Source of the DNA: Octopus bimaculoides
Lineage: Eukaryota
Assembly: GCF_001194135.2 (NCBI RefSeq)
Contig: NC_068997.1
Coordinates: 51,114,063 to 51,160,854, forward strand
DNA: 46,792 nucleotides
Direction of reading: 5' to 3'
In this document: positions 1-11,510 of the stretch, one piece after another
How positions within the stretch are numbered: position 1 is the stretch's first letter
Layout: every line of letters starts with the position of its first letter
Notes under the pieces: model-generated
Databases searched by the model: none
What the model saw: the letters and a program-made list of their open reading frames with translations, nothing else
Told to the model about the DNA's origin: nothing
Program-made: the position numbers and the translations under genes

Positions 1-39
<39 letters not shown>

Positions 40-41
<2 letters not shown>

Positions 42-420
42 TTTTATCTTTTGCTTGTTTCTGTCATTGGACTGTGGCCATGCTGGGGCACAGCTTTGAG
101 AGATTTTAATTGAGCAAATCAACTCCAGGACTTATATTTCAAAGCCTGGTACTTATTTATTGTATCAGTCATTTTTGCTGAACCACTATGTTACGGGGTC
201 TTAACCAAATCAACTCTGGTTATCAAGCAGTGGTAAGGACAAACACAAACACACACACATGCACACATACATATGATGGGCTTCTTTCAGTTTCCATCTA
301 CCAAATTCACTCACAAGGCTCTGGTTGACCCGAGGCTATAGTAGAAGTCACTTGCCCAAGTTACCTTGCCGTGGGACTGAACCCAGAACCATGTGGTTGG
401 GAAGCAAGCTTCTTACCACT
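40..420 (-). mobile_element. tRNA-headed SINE, family A (two modules with an internal (CA)n)
   Basis: The reverse complement carries GTGGTAAGAAGCTTGCTTCCCAACCACATGGTTCTGGGTTCAGTCCC (A/B-box-like). Homologous to copies at 2340, 12301 and 40256 in this window. Confidence 0.85.
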
Positions 421-531
421 GTTATTGTCTATGAGTTGACATATTTGTGTATATATCTATATATCTGCATATATGTGTGTATATACATAATAACTATATT
501 TGTATACACACACACACACACACACACATAT

Positions 532-576
<45 letters not shown>

Positions 577-983
577 TTTAAATTCATGAGATCTAAACAC
601 CAAAGTAGATTTTTGCATGTGAAGACTTTATTTTGGCATTTTTAAGGAAATCAGTGAAAAATACATCATTTTTGAAATTTTTGAAAAATTTTTTAATTTT
701 ATATTTGTACGTTTATTTATTTTTGTTTAGGGAGGAAAGGTCTTTAAAATGAAGATAAACAGTTGCGGATTAATAGTGGTGCAGTCTTAATTCCTTAAGA
801 TTAATCACAAGCTATATGTGTGTGTGTGTGTGTGTGTGTGCGTGTATGTACACACTCATTTACATATATACATATATGTACACACACACACATGTACATA
901 TATATGCATATATACACACACCGATATATATTGACACATATATACAAGCATACATACACATACACACATATAAGTGCACATAC

Positions 984-1032
<49 letters not shown>

Positions 1033-1216
1033 GTCACACAAATATATATTCACTCATATATATAAATACATACACACACACACACGTATGTCTGTGTGCA
1101 TGTGTATATATGTATATAACTATCTATCTACACATACATGCACAAATGTATATGTACACCCACAGATGTCAGGCATGTATGTATGTGTATATCATATATA
1201 TATATATATTATATAC

Positions 1217-1277
<61 letters not shown>

Positions 1278-1334
1278 TATATATTCATTTATTTGTGTGT
1301 GAGTATATATACATGTCAACAAATGTGTGCATAT

Positions 1335-1374
<40 letters not shown>

Positions 1375-2339
1375 AGAGAAGCAGGGTATCAACTGAAATG
1401 AACCCAATGAAATTAAAGCTTGTTATTGACTTTAGTCGGAACCAAATCCAAATCGTAGAGATAGAAAGAAAGGAAGGAAGGAAGCATAAANNNNNNNNNN
1501 NNNNNNNNNNNNNNNNNNNNNNNNNNNNNNNNNNNNNNNNNNNNNNNNNNNNNNNNNNNNNNNNNNNNNNNNNNNNNNNNNNNNNNNNNNNNNNNNNNNN
1601 NNNNNNNNNNNNNNNNNNNNNNNNNNNNNNNNNNNNNNNNNNNNNNNNNNNNNNNNNNNNNNNNNNNNNNNNNNNNNNNNNNNNNNNNNNNNNNNNNNNN
1701 NNNNNNNNNNNNNNNNNNNNNNNNNNNNNNNNNNNNNNNNNNNNNNNNNNNNNNNNNNNNNNNNNNNNNNNNNNNNNNNNNNNNNNNNNNNNNNNNNNNN
1801 NNNNNNNNNNNNNNNNNNNNNNNNNNNNNNNNNNNNNNNNNNAAGGCCGTAATATATTTTTTTGGTCTTTTAGAGTGTTTTTTTAATTTCTTTTTTTTTT
1901 CATGTACTATCTTTGTCTGTCATTCTGTCAGTCTGTAGAGGTGATTTAGGGGTGAAGTGAGGTGTATTTAGGGGCGCATGAGAGATTGAGGAACTTTCCC
2001 TTGTTCATGTTGAGTTCTCATGCAATGCTTTGCTGCAATGACTAGGGGTTTTTTTTCTTCTCTTTTTTGCTGTTTTTTTTTGCCTTCGTTTTTGTTGTTG
2101 ATGTAACAATGAGGTTTGTTCGGAAGTTAGTATTTACATGTAAACAGACAGCCAGATAAATATTCATTAGAAAACTTCATGACCAATATGTGTGTGTACG
2201 TGTATGCACACCAATGTTTGTATGTGTATATATATATATATCTATATATATACATATATATATATATATGTATTTATGTGTATGTACATATGTATATGCA
2301 CACGTACATAAAAAATGTGTTTGTATGAATATAAATGTA

Positions 2340-2721
2340 GGCGCAGGTGTGGCTGTGTGGTAAGAAGCTTGTTTCCCAGCCACATGGTTCTAGGTTCAGT
2401 CTCACTGTATGGCACCTTGGGCAAGTGTCTTCTACTATAGCCCCGGGCCAACCAAAGTCTTGTGAGTGGATTTAGTAAATGATGGACTTCTTTCATTTTA
2501 TATATATATTTATATGTATGTATGTATTTGTGTGTCTGTTTTTGTCTTCCCACTATCGCTTGACAACTGATGCTTACATGCCCGTAACTGAGCGGTTCGG
2601 CAAAAGAGGCCGATAGAATAAGTAGTAGGCTCACAAAGAAAAAGTCCCTGGGTCAATTTGTTCGACTACAGGCGGTGCTCCAGCATGGCCGCAGTCAAAT
2701 GACTGAAAGAATAAAAGAATA
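2340..2721 (+). mobile_element. SINE family A, near full length
   Basis: GGCGCAGGTGTGGCTGTGTGGTAAGAAGCTT...GGTTCAGTC head, internal (AT)n, 3' module ending CAGTCAAATGACTGAAAGAATAAAAGAATA. Confidence 0.9.
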
Positions 2722-2997
2722 CACACATACATACACACACAGACGCATGTGTGTGTGTGTGTGTGTGTGTGTGTATTTAAGTATATATGTATCCACATGT
2801 ACACAAACATGCAGACAGATGTGTGGTATATACAAATGTTTATTTCTTTGTAATTATATATTTTCAGGCTCTCTCTCTCTTTCATACACACACACACACA
2901 CACACACACGCACGTTCACATACATATACATACAAACGCACACACACATTCTATTAAATACATGCTCAGTCTTGGTCATTCATATACATGTGTATGT

Positions 2998-3032
<35 letters not shown>

Positions 3033-3154
3033 GAATCAGACAAGCAATTTATAGGCCTGTCATACATTTTGAATCTGAAGAGAACTTCTTTCAGGAAGCC
3101 AGACAATTTCCTTATCTAATTCCTCCTCTTCTGCCTCCTCTTCTCTTCCCCCAG

Positions 3155-3219
3155 CCATGCAACTAAATCTACTCAGTGGACACACCCCGTCAGTGGCAAA
3201 AAGAAAATTGTAAAAGGAG
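3155..3219 (+). CDS. WWOX: Internal coding exon (exon 2 equivalent) of WW domain-containing oxidoreductase: end of WW1 plus the basic NLS linker
   Basis: Polypyrimidine tract and acceptor (tcctcttctcttcccccag|), candidate branch point CTAAT at 3116-3120, and donor GAG|gtcagt. The 65-nt exon has phase 2 in and phase 1 out and translates to (N)HATKSTQWTHPVSGKKKIVKG(D/E). From memory, this aligns with human WWOX [23 protein letters not shown], whose exon 2 is c.108-172 (65 nt). Not database-verified. Confidence 0.9.
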
Positions 3220-3509
3220 GTCAGTATACAACTGTTTTTTCTTTCTTTCTTTCTTCAATGCGTGAAATATCTTAAACCTTGTTATATATAAAATGTTCTT
3301 TCCCTTCTTGTAAACTTCCCATGGTTCTCAGCAACTGCCCCAGGTTTATTTTGTGTTTGCTTGCTTTTTTTTTTTTAACTGGTTTGTCACCCACCCACCC
3401 AACAGACACATACCCATCACTCGCAAACAAGTATGATTCGGTTGCAGGTTCCCTGCTTTGCTAATTATTGTTGGAAGCGGAAAGACCCACATTCCACAGC
3501 GGAAGTGTT

Positions 3510-3779
3510 AAGGCTGCTTTCCTTGGTGTAGAGGACTGACCCGCAAGAGTCCTGTACTGGTGCCACACAAAAAAGCACTCGTGCTGTTGCCATGTGACAG
3601 CGCTTGAGTGGTGCCACGTCCAAGGCACCCAACAAACACCATAAAGTGGTTAGCATTAGGAAGGGCATCCAAATATAGAAACCAAACCATATCAGATTGG
3701 GACCCAGTGCAGGTCTCTGGCTTGCCAACTCTGGTCACACTATCCAGCTCATGCCAGCATGGACAATGGACATTAAACA
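3510..3779 (+). mobile_element. RTE-LINE 3'UTR-like repeat (family C), diverged
   Basis: GTGGTTAGCATTAGGAAGGGCATCCA...CATGCCAGCATGGACAATGGACATTAAAC, homologous to 5830-5980. Confidence 0.75.
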
Positions 3780-3929
3780 GTTAATATTATAATGGCGGTA
3801 GGCCGGTTTATGGGGTTATCCTGAGTTTCTCGCTCATAAGGGGTTTAGCCTTATGGTGTATCTACACCCCCCAAACACTGCTGGCCCGTGACCTCTTCAA
3901 AATATGGAGGGGGAAAATGCCTCGCTATA

Positions 3930-4048
3930 AAGGTAAACACTAGGGGATTATCTCCCTACAATCATTTACCTTTGTGGTTCTTTGGGGATCGTAAGATGGC
4001 GGCGTGGCTGAAGATGGCAAAAGGAGATAATCACCTAGTGTTTACCTT
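3930..4048. repeat. Inverted repeat with 28-bp arms (26/28 match) and a 63-nt spacer; MITE-like
   Basis: AAGGTAAACACTAGGGGATTATCTCCCT (3930-3957) versus AAGGAGATAATCACCTAGTGTTTACCTT (4021-4048). Confidence 0.85.
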
Positions 4049-4141
4049 CACAGTGCATACATTACAGCTTATGTATGCACCCACAAGCCTTTTGTAAGTC
4101 AATATTAGCTAATGTGTGTCTGTGTATGTATGTATACATAG

Positions 4142-4218
<77 letters not shown>

Positions 4219-4533
4219 ATGTATATATGTGTGGCACTGCATAGATGAATTCAAGCAAAACATTGTGCAAAATAAATAAACTCATTTCTGACTAATGACT
4301 TTTCATTAGTAGGCCAACTCTTTAATTAATTAGACAGCTGTGGATTTCTTACTTATTAATTATTCATATTAATTTTGCCTATATGTATATATGTGTGTGT
4401 GTATATATATATATATATGTATTTATATAAATATGCATATATAAATACATATATGTACATAAATACATATATGCATATATATTTATATATATATAAATGC
4501 ATATATATATACATGTATACATATAGATGAATG

Positions 4534-4570
<37 letters not shown>

Positions 4571-4639
4571 ATGTGTATATATGTATATATATGTGTGTAT
4601 GTATATATATGTGTGTATATATATATATATATGTATGTA

Positions 4640-4691
<52 letters not shown>

Positions 4692-5014
4692 TACATACTT
4701 ACATATATATATATATATATNNNNNNNNNNNNNNNNNNNNNNNNNNNNNNNNNNNNNNNNNNNNNNNNNNNNNNNNNNNNNNNNNNNNNNNNNNNNNNNN
4801 NNNNNNNNNNNNNNNNNNNNNNNNNNNNNNNNNNNNNNNNNNNNNNNNNNNNNNNNNNNNNNNNNNNNNNNNNNNNNNNNNNNNNNNNNNNNNNNNNNNN
4901 NNNNNNNNNNNNNNNNNNNNNNNNNNNNNNNNNNNNNNNNNNNNNNNNNNNNNNNNNNNNNNNNNNNNNNNNNNNNNNNNNNNNNNNNNNNNNNNNNNNN
5001 NNNNNNCATACATA

Positions 5015-5234
5015 CAGGGTGGCCCAAAAGTGGGTTTACTGTTATCACGTAGGCCCACTTTACTTTAAATTTCTTTTAAAACATTTTATTGCATTTAAAT
5101 TTCTATCTTGCAATTAACTAAATTAGCATAGAATAAGGGTTTCATATTTTTTTTATAATTAAGATCTAAACTGCTAATATATGAACGTGAAAGACATAGT
5201 TGAATAACTGTAAACCTACTTTTGGCCCACCCTG
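5015..5234. mobile_element. Tc1/mariner-type MITE, 220 bp
   Basis: TA duplication on both sides (5013-5014, 5235-5236). TIRs of about 31 bp: CAGGGTGGCCCAAAAGTGGGTTTACTGTTAT versus reverse complement CAGGGTGGGCCAAAAGTAGGTTTACAGTTAT. Confidence 0.9.
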
Positions 5235-5351
5235 TATATACATTATTGAAATGGTTGTAAGATGCAACGAAAATTTTAGAAATAAATGAGGGAAACTTTA
5301 CCAGTGAGTGTGTTAAATGATAAGGCACTAAAAGAGAATGACTCTCCCCAG

Positions 5352-5980
5352 ATGAATGAGGAGATCTGTGTGAAGAAGTGCCACTCCCAAATCCGGGGTA
5401 GAAGGAGACCCAGGAAGACATGGGATAAGCATGACCTTCGAACGTTGGGCTTCACACAGAGACAATGATAAAAGACTGAGATACGTATCTCTGGAGATAC
5501 GGTGTGACTGAAAAGACCTGGCAAATGAAGTGAGTTCACAGCTGTAACCTACACCAGTGTCGCATAACCAGCCCACCCAAAAGTACCTTGGATTGTAGTG
5601 CGACATGCCGTACTTGAGGAAACCTATTGAGTCAAGAACATGGAAACTAAAATCAAATGGAAATTGTAGTTGTGATCCGTGTGCTGTTGGCATGTAAAAT
5701 GAACCATCCGAACGTGGCCAATGCCAGTGCCACCTTAACTGGCTTCTGTGCCGGCGGCACATAAAAAGCACCAACCGATCGTGGTCGTTGCCTGTGTCAG
5801 TGGCATGTAAAAAGCACCCACTACACTCTCAGAGTGGTTAGCGTTAGGAAGGGCATCCAGCTGTAGAAGCACTGCCTGATCAGACTGGAGCCTGGTGCAG
5901 CCTCCTGACTTCCCAGACCCCAGTCAAACCGTCCAACCCATGCCAGCATGGAAAACGGACGTTAAACTATGATGATGATG
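5352..5980 (+). mobile_element. 5'-truncated RTE-clade LINE: decayed ORF C-terminus plus 3'UTR with a (GAT)n tail
   Basis: Reads MNEEICVKKCHSQI..RGRRRPRKTWDK..HDLRTLGFT..MIKD*..LWRYGVTEKT, typical of RTE ORF ends (GRPRKTW...DL..LG...DR..WR). The UTR ends GCATGGAAAACGGACGTTAAAC+(GAT)n. Confidence 0.8.
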
Positions 5981-6391
5981 TTTATAAATGAAAACTATTT
6001 GAAATTGTTTAAAGAAAATATATCTGCTTGAGAGAAGAGCAACATATTATGGAAAAAAACGAAAAACTATGGAAATTGCGTGATTAGAATTTGTTGTTGA
6101 TGGGCATTGGAAATATGTTGAATTGGGGTTTTGATTCATTAGGTAAAGAAAATTTTAGAACAATGCAGGTAGGGGTCTATAAGACCTATGGATGTTCATT
6201 TAGCAGCTAATTACTTCTCTGTTCATTTGCTAAAAGCAAATACAGAGAGGTTACGTGAAACTGGTTAATGCAAAGGACGACATTTTTGATATTGCTACAT
6301 ACACACACACACATACATACATACATACATACATACATGCACTCATATATATGTATGTATAGGTGTGTATGCATGTATGTATGTGTGTATG

Positions 6392-6442
<51 letters not shown>

Positions 6443-6628
6443 NNNNNNNNNNNNNNNNNNNNNNNNNNNNNNNNNNNNNNNNNNNNNNNNNNNNNNNNNN
6501 NNNNNNNNNNNNNNNNNNNNNNNNNNNNNNNNNNNNNNNNNNNNNNNNNNNNNNNNNNNNNNNNNNNNNNNNNNNNNNNNNNNNNNNNNNNNNNNNNNNN
6601 NNNNNNNNNNNNNNNNNNNNNNNNNNNN

Positions 6629-6663
<35 letters not shown>

Positions 6664-6729
6664 CTTGTTTGGTTTGTTTTTTTTGTTTTCTTTTTTTAAA
6701 AAACTAAATATGTAGAATAGGACATTGTA

Positions 6730-7125
6730 ATCATCATGCTCATCATCACCATTATCATCATCATTATTACTATCATCATCACCACCACCACCACCATTGT
6801 CGTCATCACCATCATTACCATCACTGTCACTGCCCTACCTCTTCCTTGCAGTTGCCATCCTCCCCTCCTTCTCCTCTACCCCTCCTCCCCCATCTACCAC
6901 ATCATTGGCATTGCTGTCACACCCATGTCTTCTTTGTCACTGCCATCATCATCATCATCATCATTGCCATCACTGCCATCACCCCCTCCACCTCTTCCTT
7001 ATTGGCGTTATCCTCCTCCTCCTCCTCATCATCAGCATTATCAATATTTCTGTAACCACCACCATCATTCTCTTTCCCTTCTCTTCTGCCCCTCATTGTC
7101 ATCATCATTATTATCATCATCATCA
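6730..7125. repeat. Degenerate (CAT/CAC/CCT)n microsatellite
   Basis: Direct inspection. Confidence 0.85.
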
Positions 7126-7494
7126 TTTTTATGTCTGATCAAAACATTGTAAACAGATTTGGTAGACAGAAACTGAAAGAAGCCTATCATATATATTATA
7201 TTTATATATATGTATGTATGTATATGTGTGTGTGTGTGTGTGTGTTTCTTTTGCCTTGACACTGCATGATAGTTGCAAACGAGTGCCGCTGTCATACAAG
7301 CAGTGTCATTCATTTCCAATAGTCTGCAAAAACATGTCTGGCCACAAGGAAATATTAGCTTGTTTGGAATCAGGTGAAGGTTGTAGACAGGAAAGGCATC
7401 CAGACATCGAAGAATCTACCTCATTAAAGAAAAGAAAGTGGATGTTAAAAATGGTTATGAGTGGATTTGGTTGATGAAAACTGAAAGACCATCG

Positions 7495-7539
<45 letters not shown>

Positions 7540-7611
7540 ATGATGATGTATATATACACACACATACACATGTTCATATAGCTTATATATTCCCCAGGCA
7601 ATAATTTCATC

Positions 7612-7667
7612 AATCAGATCTGGATTTCAACTGCATGGAACTCTGCAGTTGAAATCTCTATTAGATT
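7612..7667 (+). other. 56-nt imperfect hairpin with a 13-bp perfect core
   Basis: GATTTCAACTGCA (7623-7635) and TGCAGTTGAAATC (7644-7656), 8-nt loop. Pairing extends to 7612/7667 with about 21 of 24 positions paired, including G-U. Confidence 0.6.
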
Positions 7668-8974
7668 ACTGTGTGATATGCTAGCTGAGTCCGTTAAAGG
7701 AGCTTTCTGTGAAAGCCAAATGATTTTATGAATCCATATATTACACTACACACACACACACACACACGTGTGCACACATATGTGTGTGTATATAAGACAC
7801 CATGACATATTGAAAGTCTTCTTGACAAAAGAGTAACATTCTTGCTGAATCATCGACTCAAGTATTGTACTTAAGTCACTCCACCTATTAATCCCCACTC
7901 CTCCTTCTCCTCCTCCTGTTGAAATCTAGTCTTCATACGAAGTCTCATTATGTTTGTACAGGTGCTTTGTTTGAATTACTTTGCTAATTAGAGCTGTTAA
8001 GTAGGTTTTATTTATGAAAGGTAAAAAAGAAAAAAACCTCAAAAATAAAAAAGCCCCAAAATAGAAAAAAGAAATGAAACCCAAATGAAGAAAACAGACC
8101 CCTCTGCCTCTGTCACTACCCACAACAACAATAACATGAAGAAGAAGAATTAGAAGACTGTTCACTGCTATACAGGTGATAACTTTAAATCAGCTCACAG
8201 TTTCTATGATTACATTGAGTTATTCATTTGGTTAGTATAGTATTCCATAATCCATTCTATGTTCTGCAAACGGTGTGTTCGCTTGTAAAACAGTTGCTGT
8301 CCTCTTCACCAATCTTCACCCTTTCATTTGCATGCATGTCTTCGTATCTTTCTAATGAGCAACTTTGTTAGTTTTACTCTTTTCTTAGTATCGTTTCTTT
8401 GTAACATAATTAAAATCTAGAGACACACATGAAAATATGAAAGATCTTGCAAAGTTAACGACATTGTAACAAGCCGTCGTCTTCTTCTTCTTTAACAAAC
8501 ATTCATCAATGCTTTAAATTACTCTTGAAGGAAATTCCTCTCAAAACTTTTACCAAAATTCTTCCATGTTCTCATTAGTGTTATTCAGAAATGATTGTTC
8601 CACTGATTTTTATATTAAACCAGAGGGAGAAAAAAAAAATATCTTGAAGTGTCTTTCATAACCTTTGTCACTTTTGAAAGTTAATGTTTGTGGTTAAAAG
8701 CACTTTGGGATAAATTTACACACGTACACTCATGTACCGTGTATATCTCTCTTTCGTCCTCTCTCTGTTACACACTCACACACAGATAGTGAGAGAGAGA
8801 GAGAGAGAGGGGGAGAGAGAAAGCACGTGTGTGTGTCAGAATACAAGTTCCCTATCATCAGTTTTCTAGTTCACATGCCAACTTGTGGTTTGGTTGCCAT
8901 TAAAGACAGGGAATCGGTATGTTGGTTCCTAATAAACACACCTCCTCAACATCATCGTCATCATCATCAGCAGC

Positions 8975-9150
8975 AGCAGCAGCATTTTAATGTCCGCTTT
9001 CCCATGCTTGCACGAGTGAGATGAAATTTGTCGAGGTAGATTCTCTGTGGCCAGATGCTCTTCCTGTCACCCAACCCTCACCTGCTTCCAGATAAGGTTA
9101 ATATTCACCAATACCCAGACATTCTTTTATAGAAGATTGGAAATGAAGGA
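8975..9150 (-). mobile_element. Family C-related repeat 3' fragment
   Basis: CATTTTAATGTCCGCTTTCCCATGC...GATGCTCTTCCTGTCACCCAACC is the reverse of the family C tail and core. Confidence 0.55.
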
Positions 9151-9235
9151 CAGTCCTCAGTCAAATCATCCAACTCATGCTAGCATGGAAAGCGGACGTT
9201 AAACGATGATGATGATGATGATTATTATTATTATT

Positions 9236-9449
9236 AAGGCGGTGAGCTGGCAGAATCATTAGCACACTGGACAAAATGTTTATCAGTGTTTTGTCCATCA
9301 CTACATTCTGAGTTCAAATTCTGCCAAGGTCGACTTTGCCTTTCATCGTTTTGGGGTTGATAAATTATGTACCAGTGAAACATTGGGGTCGATGAAATTG
9401 ACTAGTCCCCTCCCCACACATTTCAGACCTTGTGTCTATAGTAGAAAGG
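9236..9449 (+). mobile_element. tRNA-headed SINE, family B (possible Deu/Nin-like central domain)
   Basis: AAGGCGGTGAGCTGGCAGAATCATTAGC...GAGTTCAAATTC (B box)...GACTTTGCCTTTCATC..GGGGTTGATAAATTATGTACCAG. Homologous to 12881, 14212 and 14425. The domain name is from memory. Confidence 0.85.
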
Positions 9450-9462
9450 ATTATTATTATTG

Positions 9463-9990
9463 AGTGAAAGAGCAGTGCATACCATCAAAGTGACACTGGG
9501 GTAAAATATACAAAGCCCAGTATACCCATCATGACTACCCGTCTGATAAGGGTACACCAGGCACATGCATCACAACCATATGTGCACAACATGGTGATCT
9601 CATATCAAGATAAACAGCACATGGCCTCACAGGTGGGGCCCAGTTAGAATCTTCTTCAGGTTGAGTAGCCCATCCTGATTAAAAAGGTCCCTGAATAAGG
9701 GTTGTTTAAGGATGTTGAGCAAAACACCCATGTTTCCAAAGGTGAATTATCCAAACCCCAAAGAATTCCTCTCAACACATGGCTATGATGCTCCCCCACT
9801 ACTTCTGCTCATGATCAGAGATGCACATATCGTCAACCACCAAGGGACATGCTCAACTGGTTAAGGTCAAACAACTGGCAAGCAAATCTGTGGTATTGAA
9901 GAGAATATTCGCTGTAGCACATCTTTTATACCAAGACAAAACAATGTACATGATAGCACTTCCAATCAGTTTAGAGAAACCATGAGAGCC
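9463..9990 (-). mobile_element. Unclassified ~530-bp interspersed-repeat-like block
   Basis: More GC-rich than the flanks, bounded on both sides by (ATT)n, no ORF; TATAAAAG on the minus strand at 9923-9930. Confidence 0.4.
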
Positions 9991-10569
9991 TATTATTATT
10001 ATTATTGTTATTATTATTATTCATTGTAATCTTCATTTCAGAAATTGTTCAGCAAAGGAGCTNNNNNNNNNNNNNNNNNNNNNNNNNNNNNNNNNNNNNN
10101 NNNNNNNNNNNNNNNNNNNNNNNNNNNNNNNNNNNNNNNNNNNNNNNNNNNNNNNNNNNNNNNNNNNNNNNNNNNNNNNNNNNNNNNNNNNNNNNNNNNN
10201 NNNNNNNNNTGATAACTTTGGCTATTTTTAGTTACTTTCCATTTCTTCTATTTTCAAAGAATGACTCAAATAAAGAAACATCCATCATAACTCCCCCAAA
10301 AAAATTACTGTTTCTTGTAAAACAATGATTTTTATCTTTTTACTTCCTCATCCACCCGGGGTGTCTTGTTTGATAATAGATTTACTACGCAATATTATTT
10401 TAGTATTGTTTCATTAGTTTTTTTTTTCTAGAGTGTCATGAAGTGTTTTTGGGGGTATTAACTGGGGGTGCAAATGTTTTAGTGGGCTGGGCTTGATAAT
10501 GTGGTTACAAAAGCTGTCAGTACTTCGTTTAATTCATCACCATCATTTAAACGTCCATTAATTATCGTA

Positions 10570-10999
10570 TAACCATCATGTTGTCATCTTTTAAGCATTA
10601 TTTAGTCATCACTTCACCTCCACTTAAGTATCACTTGACCATCACATAACCATCACATCCATCACAATCTCATCGCATAAGTATTACTTAACAATCATTT
10701 CTCCTCCGCTCAGCTACCATTTAAGTAACCCTTGACCATCACATAACCACCATGTCTAAAACATCGTCATCACATGAATGTCACTTAACCATCACTTCAC
10801 CTCTACTCTTAAGAATCACTTGACCATCACCTAACCATCCAATCCATTACATTGTCATAACTTAAGAATTACTTAACCATCATTTACCCTTCACTCAGTT
10901 ATCACTTAAGTATCACTTAATAATCACATAACCATCACATCTATCACATTGTTGTCACTTGAATGTTACTTGAGCATCACTTCACCTCCACTCAACTAT
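10570..10999. repeat. Diverged minisatellite, ~92-bp monomer with ~184-bp dimer periodicity
   Basis: CATCACTTCACCTC(C/T)AC recurs at 10607, 10790 and 10975. A variant, CATTT(CT/AC)CC..C.CTCAG, lies midway at about 10696 and 10882. Confidence 0.75.
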
Positions 11000-11392
11000 C
11001 TGATCTGGCAAGAGTTTCTACAGCTGGATGCCCTTCCTAATGCCAACCACTCCGAGAGTGTAGTGGGTGCTTTTACGTGCCACTGGCATGATGGCCAGTC
11101 AGGAGGTACTGGCAACGGCCACGCTCAAAATGGTGTATTTTACGTGCCACCTGCATGGGAACCAGTCCAGCAGCACTGGCAACGACCTCGCTCGAATGAT
11201 TTTCAAACGTGCCACCAGCACAAGTACTAGAAGGTGACGCTGGTAACGATTACGCTCAAATGGTGCTATTTACGTGCCACTAGCACGGAAGCCAGACAGC
11301 TGCTCTGGCAATGAACACGCTCGACAGTGCTGTTAGCGCTCCATTGGCACGGTGACCAGTCATCGAATATGGTTCAATTTCGATTTCGATTT
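11000..11392 (-). mobile_element. RTE 3'UTR-like repeat (family C) with ~65-bp internal tandem units
   Basis: CTACAGCTGGATGCCCTTCCTAATGCCAACCACTCCGAGAGTG core. CTGG(C/T)AA..ACGCTC units start at 11109, 11176, 11240 and 11305. Confidence 0.85.
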
Positions 11393-11428
<36 letters not shown>

Positions 11429-11446
11429 CACAGGCTTGCACACACA

Positions 11447-11510
<64 letters not shown>

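Noticed and set aside
8220-8420. Minus-strand protein-like stretch (ILIMLQRND...IMEYY)
   Set aside because: Interrupted by two in-frame stops, with no recognisable family.
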